A stretch of 64,000 nt of DNA from Vicugna vicugna (Eukaryota), in NCBI GenBank assembly GCA_013265495.1, contig MU058718.1, positions 2,875,779-2,939,778 of the forward strand. The letters are read 5' to 3'. The translations under genes and the position numbers were made by a program. Below, piece by piece: positions 1 to 10,929 of the stretch (the stretch's first letter is position 1; every line of letters begins with the position of its first letter). The notes below the pieces were generated by a model. It ran no database searches, had not been told where the DNA came from, and worked only from the letters and a program-made list of their open reading frames with translations.

Positions 1-240
1 ACTCCAAGTTCAACAAAGTACCAAGGAGTTTTATTGAAATCAAATAGTTTCAAGTAAAGAGAAAGAGAAAAAAGAGAGATTATACTACTGACTAAAGATG
101 CCCAGGAATGTTCCCTGACCAAGGCTGATCAATTCCATTCCATAATCATCCCCTTCTTGCCCCTTTTCAGCAGGAAGTAGCCAGAGGGGTAGTCGCCCCC
201 TTTCCCACAAGATTGTGGAATGGACATTGACAGTGGGGAA
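1..240 (+). mobile_element. 3' end of an ERV1-class internal region ending in a polypurine tract
   Basis: ccccttttcagcaggaagtagccagag..gtcgccc resembles ERV1 internal 3' ends; agtggggaa abuts the LTR. Confidence 0.55.
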
Positions 241-241
241 T

Positions 242-553
242 TATAGTAGAGAATAACCTTTGTTTTGTTGGAGGTTTACAGGGACACCATGACCTGGCCC
301 ACGGGGATGGTTGCAAGAACAAAGAATGCCTGCAGCAAGAGGATTACAACAATCAACCACACCCCCTCCCTTATTTTTTGTACAAAAGGAGCCTGTATTC
401 TGACTAGAGCAGAATGGTTCTCCAAGACATTTGTCTGCCATCCTCTCATCTGCCGGCTTTCCGAATAAAGTCACTATTCCTTGCCCCAACACCTTATCCC
501 CCGATTTATTGGCCTGTCATGCAGTGAGCAGAACAAGTTTGGACTCGGCAGCA
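242..553 (+). mobile_element. ERV1-class LTR, copy 1 (probable 3' LTR)
   Basis: AATAAA 464-469, terminus tttggactcggcagCA, homologous to 1449-1762. Confidence 0.8.
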
Positions 554-1148
554 AGTTTAGCTACTTAAAAAGTTAGACATATACCTATCATAGAACCCAG
601 ATATTCCACTTCTAGATCTTTACCTAAAAGCAATGAAAGCCTACATCCACTACAAGGACTGGCACATCAGTTTCACAGCAGTGTTATTCATAATAGCCCC
701 AAAATAGAAACATCCAAATTTCCATCACCAAGGGAATGGTTAAATTGTGGTATATCCATATAAGGGACTATTCCTCAACAATAAAAAAAGAATGAACTAC
801 TGACACATACCACAACATGAATGAATCTCAAGATAAATACATGGCAAGAACAAAGTGAGACAAAAATGAATGCATATTGTATGTTTCCATTTATATAAAA
901 ATCTGTATAAAATGAAAACTAGAGTGACAGAAGGCACGTTGCCTGGGGAAGGCAGTGTGGGGTTGGGGAAGCGGGAGGGATTCCAAAGAGGCCTGAGGGA
1001 GTTAATGGAGATAATGAATACGTTCATTATCTTGATTGTGGTGATGGTCTCACCATTTCATACACATCAAAACATACTAAATTTTACTTTAAATATATGC
1101 AGTCTATTGTAGGTCAATTATACTTCAATAAAGTTGTTTTTTTTTTTC
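554..1148 (+). mobile_element. Old L1 (L1M-type) 3' end
   Basis: gtgttattcataatagccccaaaatagaaacatccaaat ... caattatacttcaataaag tail. Confidence 0.8.
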
Positions 1149-1268
1149 AAAGCCTGTGTTCCAGTCAGTTGAATGATCTCGAACTCATTTCTTCACCTCT
1201 CTGAACCTGAGCTCCCTCAGGGGTCAAATAGAGACTCTAACAATAAGCCTCTCACAACCACAAGGAAT

Positions 1269-1762
1269 TGTATTGGGTGAGACCCTGTAGCAACAGCCCT
1301 TAGAGAAGCAGTAAGTACATCAGGCCGGGAGACCATCGTGTCCTCTCTGTAAAGGACTTCATTTTCCTATTAATCTTGCAGACAGTGTTCTCTCTCAGAT
1401 ATGTTGTATCTTTCATATTCGGAAATCGAAGGATGTGATTTTTGAAGCTGTAATGAAGAATAACTTTTGTTTTGTTGGAAGTTTACCGGGACACCATGAC
1501 CTGGCCCACAGGGATGGCTGCAAGAACAAAGAATGCCTGCAGCAAGAAGTCTGCAACAACCCACCACACCCCCTACCTTGATTTTTTGTATAAAAGGAGC
1601 CTGTATTCTGACTAGAGCAGGATGGTTCTCCAAGACATTAGTCTGCCATACCCTCGGTCTGCTGGCTTTCTGAATAAAGTCGCTATTCCTTGCCCCAACA
1701 CCTCGTCTCCCGATTTATTGGCCTGTCGTGTGGTGAGCAGAATTAGTTTGGACTTGGCAACA
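1269..1762 (+). mobile_element. ERV1-class solo LTR, copy 2, inserted into a MIR
   Basis: TG...CA ends, TATAAAA 1589-1595, AATAAA 1673-1678, MIR-like flanks. Confidence 0.75.
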
Positions 1763-2004
1763 ATTTGTGGTTCAATCTCTTAAAATGCCTTTGTAAACAA
1801 AATCAGATAGGGAGAAATGAGAACACATGGGGGATTAGAAACAACAGTCCAGCATCTGCAGCTTTGTTGAGCGCTCAGGTACAAATTAGGCTTCCCCAGT
1901 AATCAAAGCACGTAAGTTCAAGCCATCCAGCCTATGTGTGCCCCCCGCCCCCATTCACATGACACAAATTATAAAAAGTAAATAAATTAAAAAAATAAAG
2001 ACCA

Positions 2005-2170
2005 TATGCTTTGGAGTCACACTGATTCATCACTCATTGGGCCTGTGACTTTGACTCCCTCTTGCTGAGCCTCAGTTTCCTCACCTGTAGACCCACCATC
2101 CCATAGGATGACCATGAGGAAGAAACAGGAAAAGCACCTTGGGCAGCACTTGGGGGCAGGTGCTCAGCAG
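2005..2170 (+). mobile_element. MIR SINE
   Basis: ctttggagtca...ctgagcctcagtttcctcacctgta core. Confidence 0.7.
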
Positions 2171-3559
2171 GACAGTTTCCCTAAGGTAACACACTAGATT
2201 GTGGTAGAGCCTGAGTAGGAAGCTCCTGGCCCCAGTTCAATTCCCTTTCCACTGTTCCGTTGGCTGGCAAGTCCGTGGCAGCAGGGTAATTAGACACCAG
2301 GTGCCTTAGCTCTCAGTCTGGTGTTCTTGCTGCTGTGCAAGATCACTTGGAAAAAAAAAAAACACCACCAAGAATCAGAATTCATTATTTAACTAGGGAA
2401 AACGGTACCTAGAAATAAAATCATACTGATTGAGATCAGGAAAAATCCCACTGGACCCTACTCCGATGCTATTAACTGCCAGTTCCGTTTCCAGTGTCTC
2501 TCCATTGGTGCACCCTCTAACAGCTACTGCCTCTGACCCAGGAACCTTTCCAGGGCCGTACATCTGGTAACCCTGGTGCTGGCCTGGGCACGATGCTCTG
2601 GGTGCATAATTATTGTTGTGGCAGCCCTCCACCACAAGATGGCACACAACTCTTCTTCCAGAAGAGAAGAGCCAGGAAAGCAGTGGACATCTGAGACTAG
2701 GCATGTTTCAAATCAGATAAAACACATTCATTTTAGAAAGTTGCCTCCCTCACTCTGAAATGGTAAGGGCAAACCAAAAAGCAGGAAAGGAGATTCTGCT
2801 AAGGTACGAGAGATGACGGCAGAAGGGGAGATGGCAGTGGGAGACCCAGGAAAACCTAGTCCTTGGAAGATGGAGGACTAGCCTCCCTGGTGTTTGCATT
2901 TGGTCTTATTAGCTCCCTCTTTGTCCATATTCTTGTGGAGCTCATAACCCCAAAATAAGCTACATTTGGGGTCTCCACCCTTGATCGAGGGTATATTTGA
3001 GCCTTAACTAGACTTTAAAATTCCTGAATTCCTCTTCTACTCCCATGAAGATATGAATGTGTTTCTTATCTCTTTTCTCATAATGACAGGAGCATGTTTT
3101 TTACATTTTCTCTGTTGCTCTCTGTTGCTGCCTGTCCTCCACTTCAGACATTATCTATTGTGGTTACGCTGGTATAGGGTTATGGGAGTGGATTTTAATC
3201 TCCATCTCACCTTGGGTACAACTGGCCTGGGCTGCAGTGGCCCCATCTCCCCCTGGGTGGTGGCTCCATGAAGCCCTCTGGTCAGGGGGCAATCATCTTT
3301 CCACGTCCTTCCTCCTCTAACAGCTTATGAAAGGCATGTTATCGAACCTAAGCCTTGTAATATCTCCTCAGTAGCTTATAAATCACACTCTGCAAGCAAA
3401 AGAATATTTTGATTGCTTAAAGTAATTAGAAGGCCTGCACTTAACTCTGGTATCATTCTCTTTCCTATTAAATTTTGAGGAACCATGCTACAGACACAGA
3501 GACAAACAACTGCAATACAAACATGAGGGGACGGAGACGGTAGATTAGAGATGATTCTC

Positions 3560-4760
3560 AAAGACTGTGCAGGAGATAGCTAAGCCTAGGTGGGAGCAGG
3601 GGCTGGGGCTGGGACGAGGAAAGGTGTTCCCCTCAGACAGCACTGCAGGGTAGAAGGGAGTGAGGAACAGCAAAATGCAGCAACCATCACAGGCAGTTCT
3701 GTTGTGCTAGAGAGTGAAGTGCATTGATAAACAGCCCCTGAAATAGGCAATTGCTAGATATTGGGGCCTTGTGTGCCATATCAAAAGGGTGGGGTTCTGA
3801 CTCCAAGTGATGGACTGAACCCCTAGAGAGTTTGATGAAGACAGTTCATATTTTAAATAGATGGCTCTACCTCTAAGGTGGAGGAGAGACTTAGGAAGGA
3901 TATTCCTATATGTAGTTAGTATGCTATAGCAGTAATTCAGCAAGAGATGATGGTGACCGGAACCAGGACAGTGGTCAAAGGTATAGAGACGAGCATTTTG
4001 GCCCTCTCAAGAGGACCCCATCAATCAATTGAATATGTGGGATCAAGGATAACTTGTAAGTTTCCAGCTTATAGGAGGAAGAGTTGATTTAGAAGGAAGG
4101 CGATCAGACTGGTTTTGTGCATGTCAAGTCTGAAGTAGCTCAGAGGACACCCAGGTAAGATGACCACAGGCAGGTGGGTAGACCTAGTCCAAGCTTGAAG
4201 GAGGGCCCAGGCTAGTGATACTGATTTGGGAGACAGCTACAGGTAAGTGCAGCGAAAACCAGGAGAGTGGGTGAGACTGTTCTGGAATAGAGTGAGAGGA
4301 AGAAAAACAGTGGGTCAAGGAGGGGTTCATTGTTGATCCCTTAACATCAGTGTTTAAGGGATAAGTAGCAGAAGAAAAGCTACTGGAAAGAGAAATCCAC
4401 AAAGGAGACAGAGAAGAAATAATAGTCAGGCCTAAGTAAAAGCAGACAAGTGCACTGCCCTGGACTCCAAATGATCAGGGACCCCCAAGGAGGAAGAATT
4501 TAATGGTTTCAAAGGCAGCAGAAAGGCCTGCAAGATAAACACTGCAAACTCTCCACGGTATTTGGCAATGAGAAGGTTGCAGAAGAAAGATGGCAGGAGA
4601 CTGGCAAGTGAATGGAAGCTGAGGAAGTGGAGACAGTGAGGGCAGGTTACCTTCTGGAGGGCACTGGATGAGAAGGGGAGGAGGGAGATGGGGTGGTGGG
4701 CTAGGGACTCGGCAGGGCTGAAATGGATAGAGGATAAAGGAACCTTTTGGGTTTTGTTTG
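3560..4760 (-). mobile_element. L2 LINE fragment (probably continues ~5770-6120)
   Basis: Purine-rich antisense L2 text; minus translation LAGLSAAFETI resembles the L2 RT motif LLDLSAAFDTV. Confidence 0.7.
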
Positions 4761-4778
4761 GTTAAGTACATGTTCTTT

Positions 4779-4907
4779 AAAAAAAATTGGGGGGGGTAAT
4801 TGAGTTTACTTTTTAACTTATCTATCTTTAGTGGAAGTACTGAGGACTGAACCCAGGACCTTGTCAGTGCTAAGCATGCACTCTACCACTGAGCTATACC
4901 CTCTCCT
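4779..4907 (-). mobile_element. Camelid Vic-1-type tRNA-derived SINE with target-site duplication
   Basis: A box TAGCTCAGTGG, B box GGTTCAGTCC, taattaccccccc tail; TSD gttaagtacatgt(t/a)cttt at 4761-4778 and 4908-4925. Confidence 0.88.
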
Positions 4908-4925
4908 GTTAAGTACATGTACTTT

Positions 4926-5770
4926 TAAAATACATTTAATTTTATAGATTCACTGAAAGTTGCAAAAACAGTACAGAGGTCCCATGTATCCATCACCTAG
5001 CTTCCCCCAATAATAACATCTTAGATTACTGTAGTATACATTTTCAAAACCAGGAAATTGACATTGCTACAATTTACAGAGCTTATTCAAATTTCAAGTT
5101 TTTACATGCACTTATTTGTGTGTATATGAATAATTGTACACAATTATTTGCATAGATTTGTGAAACCACCACCACCACAATCAAATACAGAACTGTTCCA
5201 TGAGCACAAAGAACTTCCTCAAATTGCCCTAACCCCCGGTGACCATGCATCTGTTCATCATCCCTGTGATTTTATCACTTTGAAAATAGTCTATAAATGG
5301 TACCATATAGTCAGTAACATTTCACTATTGGCTTTTTTTTTTCCACTCAACATAATGCCATTGAAATCCATAACATTGCTGCAAGTATCAAGAGTTTGTT
5401 TCTTTTTATTACTGAGTAGTACTCCATGATATGGATATACCACAGTTAGTTTAGCTGTTCCCCCCATGCCCCACCCAAAGACTTTTGGTTTGTTTCTAGT
5501 ATGGGGCTATTAGCCATAAAGCTGCTAGGAACATTGTGCAGACGTTTTTGTGACATAGGTTTACATTTCTCTGACGTACATGGCTAGGAGTGCACTTGCT
5601 GTATCATATGATAAGTATATGTTTAGCTTTCTAAGAAACTACCAAACTATTTTCCAGAAGACTGTACCATTTTTCATTCCCAACAGCAATTTACAAGAGA
5701 GCCAGCTTTTCCATATTCTCACCAGCATTTGGTATTGTCACTATTTTCTATTTGAGCTGTTCTAATAGGG
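4926..5770 (-). mobile_element. L1 (L1MB/MC-like) 3' fragment
   Basis: Antisense L1 3' UTR/ORF2 end: aactaccaaactattttccagaagactgtaccattttt. Confidence 0.8.
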
Positions 5771-6127
5771 GGATGATACAGGAGGCTTTGGTTGTGGTCT
5801 GTTTCCTTTGTTTGTGGGCTCATTTAGCAAAGCAGAGCCTTCGGCACGTTCATGGGCTGAGGGGAGGGAACGAGCAGAGGTGATGAAGTGAGGGTCCAGG
5901 AGAAAGAAGGTGGGTGCACCGAGTCCTAAGAGCCAGAGGAGCAGGGGTGGAGTGATGAATGAGCTTTGACGGCTGCGCAGTTGTCCTTAGAGACGGAAGG
6001 AAAGGATGTTAGGATGGGTGAGTGGGGAGAGATAAGTGAGAGGGTGAGAAGTTGACTCCAGCAGGAGAGCAGCAGAAAGAAGATTAGAGGAGGAGGCCCT
6101 GGAGGAAACTGTCGCCTGGAGGGTGAC

Positions 6128-6300
6128 AACAGGCTCTGGAGTCAGGCGGATGCCAGTTCCCTCGCCTCCCAGCTATTTGACCTTGGGCACACTATCTGAT
6201 TTAAGGACTCACTTTCCTCATTTACAAAATGGGGATAATAATGGATTGTTGCAGGATTATTGTGCGAATTAAATAAAATTCTATGCGCTTGGTGAGAGTG
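6128..6300 (+). mobile_element. MIR SINE
   Basis: ggctctggagtcag...tttcctcatttacaaaatggggataataat core. Confidence 0.8.
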
Positions 6301-7619
6301 ACGATGATGATAATCATGCAGCAAATCAAAGAGCTAAACATTCCAGATAAATCCATAGCTGAAATAATTTGATCATTTTTGGCTCATACATCTTTCCACT
6401 GCTTCCCTCATGGCTGAAAATACCTTAAGGGTCGGAGCCAGATGTTTTACTTTTCTTTGTCTTCCCAGCATCCAGCTCAATGCCTTCCTCACACAGGTCT
6501 CAAGCTGCACGTCCCTTCTACTGACTCTGGGTCGAGCTTTCCTTTCTCTGCATTTGCTACCCTCCTTACATCAACTCCTCTTTCTTTGCAGTCACTAGAT
6601 GAAAGAATCATAACTCCCTGATTTGGGCTCTATAGTTCCGTTCTGGAACTGCGAAAGCACGTTATGACTCATCATTAAAGCCAGGTGCTCTATTTCTGTT
6701 GGTTATAAATGCCCAAGAACTAAAAAGGAAAAGGAGATGGTGATATATTACTAGAGAGACTTCTTTAAATTACCTGTTTTTATGACCACTTGCATCCTGG
6801 GAGGGACTGAGCTTCAGCAAGTTGACAGGTTCAGTGTCTGGAGGCTGACTGAGTCACACCTTGACCCTGAGGGACAGAGGAAGGGCTGTTTCAGCGGCGC
6901 AGCTGGCTGGCTCCAACCTCAGAGCAGAGTGGGATCTGGGCTACTGAGGTAAAGGCAGCAGCACGAGTGATGAAAGCCACAGGCACACCTGGGTCTGGCG
7001 GCCAGCTTGTTAAGCTTGGCCATGCCCCCAACCTTAAAAAAAAAAACCTGTATTGTGAAAACACCCAACTTTTTTTCCTTGTCTGTCTGTCTCGGATGAG
7101 ATGCAGAAATGCAGTTAAAATGCCACCTAGAGGTGTTAGGGGAGGAACACTGACAAAATGAATGAGTCAATGATGGAGGCAATACAAGGACTTTCGAAAA
7201 ACCATGACCTGCAAACCACCCCCTCCTCAAATCGTCCCAGTCTTGGCAATAAAACCTCTGCTCACATAGGCAGAGTTCATACTAACTTTTCCCTGCATTG
7301 CAAACAGCCAAACGCTCTGAGTCCTTCCTACCAACCACTCACTTCTGACCACCAGGGGTCAGGCTGCAGCCAGGAACCAGCAGCCACCCCGCAGAGTGGC
7401 GCTCCATTCTGTTCCCCCAGGCCCTGCCCCGCCCTGCCTGCCCTGGAGCTAACCCAGACTCAGTCCACGGCATCCAGCAGTGGGAAAGGAAGCTGCCTGG
7501 AGCTGAGATAGGTCTCCTAGTGAATCATCTCATTCCCTCGTTTCCATTTGTTAAGTTTGAGAACTACTCACCTAAGAATCTTGTGTTTTGAGGGAGGGAG
7601 CAGGGCAGGGGCGAGCTTA

Positions 7620-7760
7620 TTAAAAAGCAGATTCTGGGCCTTTGCTCATGGAGGCTGATTCTAGGATGGAGGGGTTGGGCCCAAGAATCTGTATTTTATG
7701 CAAGCTCTTTGGTTGGTTCTGACACAGGTGATGCAGAAACACACTTGGAGAGAATGCTTT
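7620..7760. mobile_element. MER5-like hAT-Charlie DNA transposon fragment
   Basis: gcagattctgggcc...gggcccaagaatctgtatttt...caagctc. Confidence 0.65.
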
Positions 7761-8344
7761 AAGCTGTTGTTCCAACCCAAGGCAGTCCCCAAGCAGAGGG
7801 GTCCCACATGCCCTGCCACCCCAGGGCTGTCGGCCATCAGATGCATGGTCTCTGGCACACCTGAGGTGACACATTTACTCCTGGCCACATTAATAAACAC
7901 CCAAGGTGGAATGAAGGAGGCTGGAAAGGAGGGAAGATTCTTGCTGCCCAGGGATCGAAGAAGACCCCTGCCAGCCAGCCCTGCCCTTTCCTGATGCCCT
8001 TTGTGCTCCTCATTCCTCTATTTCTGGGCACTGGTTTCCTTATTTTATCCCCTTTGATGTGCCTCCCTTCTCCTTGTTGCTCAGGAAAAAAGCATCCTGG
8101 ATTTGGAAGCAGCTACGCCCTCTGCTTAGAATGTTTGTTGCCCTTCATTGGTGCTAAGACAGACACGGTCTACAGCGTGAGCACCCTGATGCTTTAACAA
8201 ATTTTCAGGGAGGAATGGGAGTGAAACACAACATCAAATACGCACATCCACTGTTAAGATGCAGCCCAGTTCCAGAGTCAACAAAATGTGTGTTCTACAG
8301 CTGAGGAAAGTGTCTCTCTTGTTCTCATAATCTAATACTACTTG

Positions 8345-8660
8345 GTTCAATCAACTCGAATTCATCGAGTGCCTGTGGGGCCAACCTGTTCCAGGTGCTG
8401 AGGGTAGAGGGTTAAGCAGGGCTGACATTACAGAGTAGGAGGCAGATAATCAAATAATAATAATAATAAATGAATTAGGGAATCAGAGAGTTGGAGATCA
8501 TGACGGGCTATTAGAGAACTAAATAGGGTCACATGGTAGAGACGTGATGGAGAGGCCGATTTCAGATGGGGTGTTCAGGGACCATTTCTGAGAAGGGGTC
8601 ACGAAGCTGAGGTTGGAATGAAGAGAAAGACCAGAGGAAGAGCATCCCAGGTGGAGAGGA
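8345..8660 (-). mobile_element. L2 3' end
   Basis: ttcatcgagtgcctg...ccaggtgctgagggtagag. Confidence 0.6.
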
Positions 8661-10492
8661 CTTCCACGTGGTTTCCAGCAAGCTCACCTGGTACGTTGGC
8701 CCATGGCTGCACAACTTTCACTCATCGCTTAACTCAACACTGACGGAGCACTTTTCTGTGCCAGGTGATGCCAAGTTCCTCAAAAGGCACTTGTAAGCAA
8801 GAAACGTGGTTTCTGCCCTCAGGAAGTTTATAACCTGGTGCACTTTTTAAAGCTAAGTTTCAGCTGACCATCAATTTCTAAATTTACCATTTATATTCAT
8901 CGTAGAAAACCTGTTTCAGATTTTGGATGAGGATGGCCTTTGGATGAGGATGGGGAGGGCTCTGTGACCACAAACACTAGAACCCAATGGGAAAACCACA
9001 AAGAGCCTGAACACAGCATCTAGCGGCTCAGATAGAGAAAATAAATCTGGCCACTGTTCCCTCTCCCCTTTTGGCTCTCTGCTCTCAGCATTTCCTCATA
9101 CCACCCCAGGGCTGCGTGATCTGGCTGAGGAGACATGGGTTCCAAAAGCAGAACCTGCATCTTCCATAACTGAAGTCAGCCCGTTCAGGTATTGTCATTT
9201 TTGGTGCTCCTTCGTGGGGCTGAGCAAAAGTCTAGCCTCTGGAGGCCTCCTGCCCGTACTTCTCAGACCTTCGAGGCTGTCAAAGGTGAAAGAAAGACTT
9301 GTCTTTGAACCTCTCAGTTGCAACTCAGAGGCTCTCACTGAGGATGAATGATGGGAATAAAAATTGCAAGAGTCTAAAGTAGAGCTGTGCTCCTGAGCCT
9401 CCCAGGAAAGGCCTGCTTCTCCTGTAGCATAAATTCACAACTGACAGATGCTGTCAAACCCATGCAAAAAAAGCAGATTTATCCCCTTCAGGTTTCAGAA
9501 GAGTTTCTTTTGCATCTGAACTGCTGGTAAAGAAGGAAGAGAAACAGCTCAAATAGAGAGAAGACTGCCTTGGAGTTACAGGCGGGAGTGGCCTGGAATG
9601 GGCTGGCACAGGGGCTTCTGGGAGTGGTTGGAGGAATGGATGAGGGCATCAGAATCCTGGCCTTACTCCTGGAGGTTCTCATCAGTAGGTGTGGTGAGAG
9701 GCCTGGAAATAAATCTATCTTTTAAAAAAGCTTCTTTGAGTCTTTCTGAGAAACACTCAGCTGTGTGAGCCCTTGAACTGGGGGACAGACTGATCAGCAG
9801 TCTCCAAGGCAGCTCTCTTCCCATCCTGACATCCTCTGTGTCTCCACCCCCTCCCTCAACACCGGTCCAATCTGCCACCCCACTTTGGGACATTAGCCCC
9901 CAGGGGCCTGTGGCTGAAACCTGAGTCAGCCCCAGTCCCCTGCCAGGTGGAGTAATTGACTTGGGCTGGTTTAGTAAAGGCTTTGGGTTACCAGACACCC
10001 ATCTGCTGGCTGTCCTCACCAAGAAAATGGGAGCCAGATCGCTTTCACTGGGCATCCACTACACACTTCCCAGCATGCAGGGAGGAAGGGAGATCCAGCT
10101 GCCTTCTGGCACCTTCACTACAAACAATTCCCATGTGACTCCCCCAAGCCCTCTTCATTAATATCCCAACACTTCCCAGAATAGCCTGCATGCGTTGTCA
10201 GGCAGAGCCCACGTCCAGAGAACAGCCCCCTCCTCCCATCCTGCCTCCTGGGCTTGGTGCCCATGGACTCTGTTCATTGGAGACAAACTGAACAGCCCAC
10301 TCCTGCAAATGAAGATTGATCCCCAACCCGCTGGCATCCGTTTTCTGGGCCTGTTCTCTTTAGGGTCTCTGGGAACCCAGGGTGCTATGCTAGTGACTGA
10401 AATTAATTTTATCTGCTTAAAAAGAAGTTTTATTTTTTAAAAAAGTAATACATCTACATAATTTGACAGTTGAATGTACTACAAAGCCTCTA

Positions 10493-10906
10493 TCACACTA
10501 AGTGAAGTAAGTCAGAGAAAGACAAATACCATGTGATATCATATATGTAGAATCTTAAAAAATGACACAAATGAACTTATTTACAAAACAGACACAGACT
10601 CACAGACATAGAAACCAAACTTATGGTTACCAAAGAGGAAAGGTGGGGGAGGGATAAACTGGGAATTTGGGATTAGCAAATACAAACTACTATATACAGA
10701 GCAGATAAACAACAAGGTCCTAATGTGTAGCACAGGGAACAATACTCAATAGCTTATAATAACTGATAATGAAAAAAAAATATATATATATATACATACA
10801 CATACACACACATATATATAACTGAATCACTATGCTGTTCACCAGAAACTAATATAACATTGTAAATCAAATAAACTTCAATAAAAAAATTAAAAACAAC
10901 AAAAAA
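10493..10906 (+). mobile_element. Cetartiodactyl-type L1 3' end with (TA/CA)n and A-rich tail
   Basis: ctaagtgaagtaagtcagagaaagacaaatacc...cagactcacagacatagaa...aacattgtaaatcaa...caataaaaaaa. Confidence 0.88.
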
Positions 10907-10929
10907 CCCTGTACATACAAGGTAATTAC

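Noticed and set aside
241..1633. Similar ORFs 241-492 and 1370-1633 as paralogous genes
   Set aside because: They are antisense translations of the two LTR copies.
242..1762. LTR pair as a single mini-provirus
   Set aside because: The spacer is L1 and MIR sequence with no PBS or viral ORF, and copy 1 is preceded by internal-type sequence.
4800..4907. tRNA gene
   Set aside because: The tRNA-like head is followed by a SINE tail and flanked by a TSD, and a second diverged copy lies at ~26100-26224.
8921..8955. Short tandem duplication tttggatgaggatgg x2 (similar cases near 34119-34149 and 47030-47070)
   Set aside because: Two-unit slippage duplications, common and not informative.
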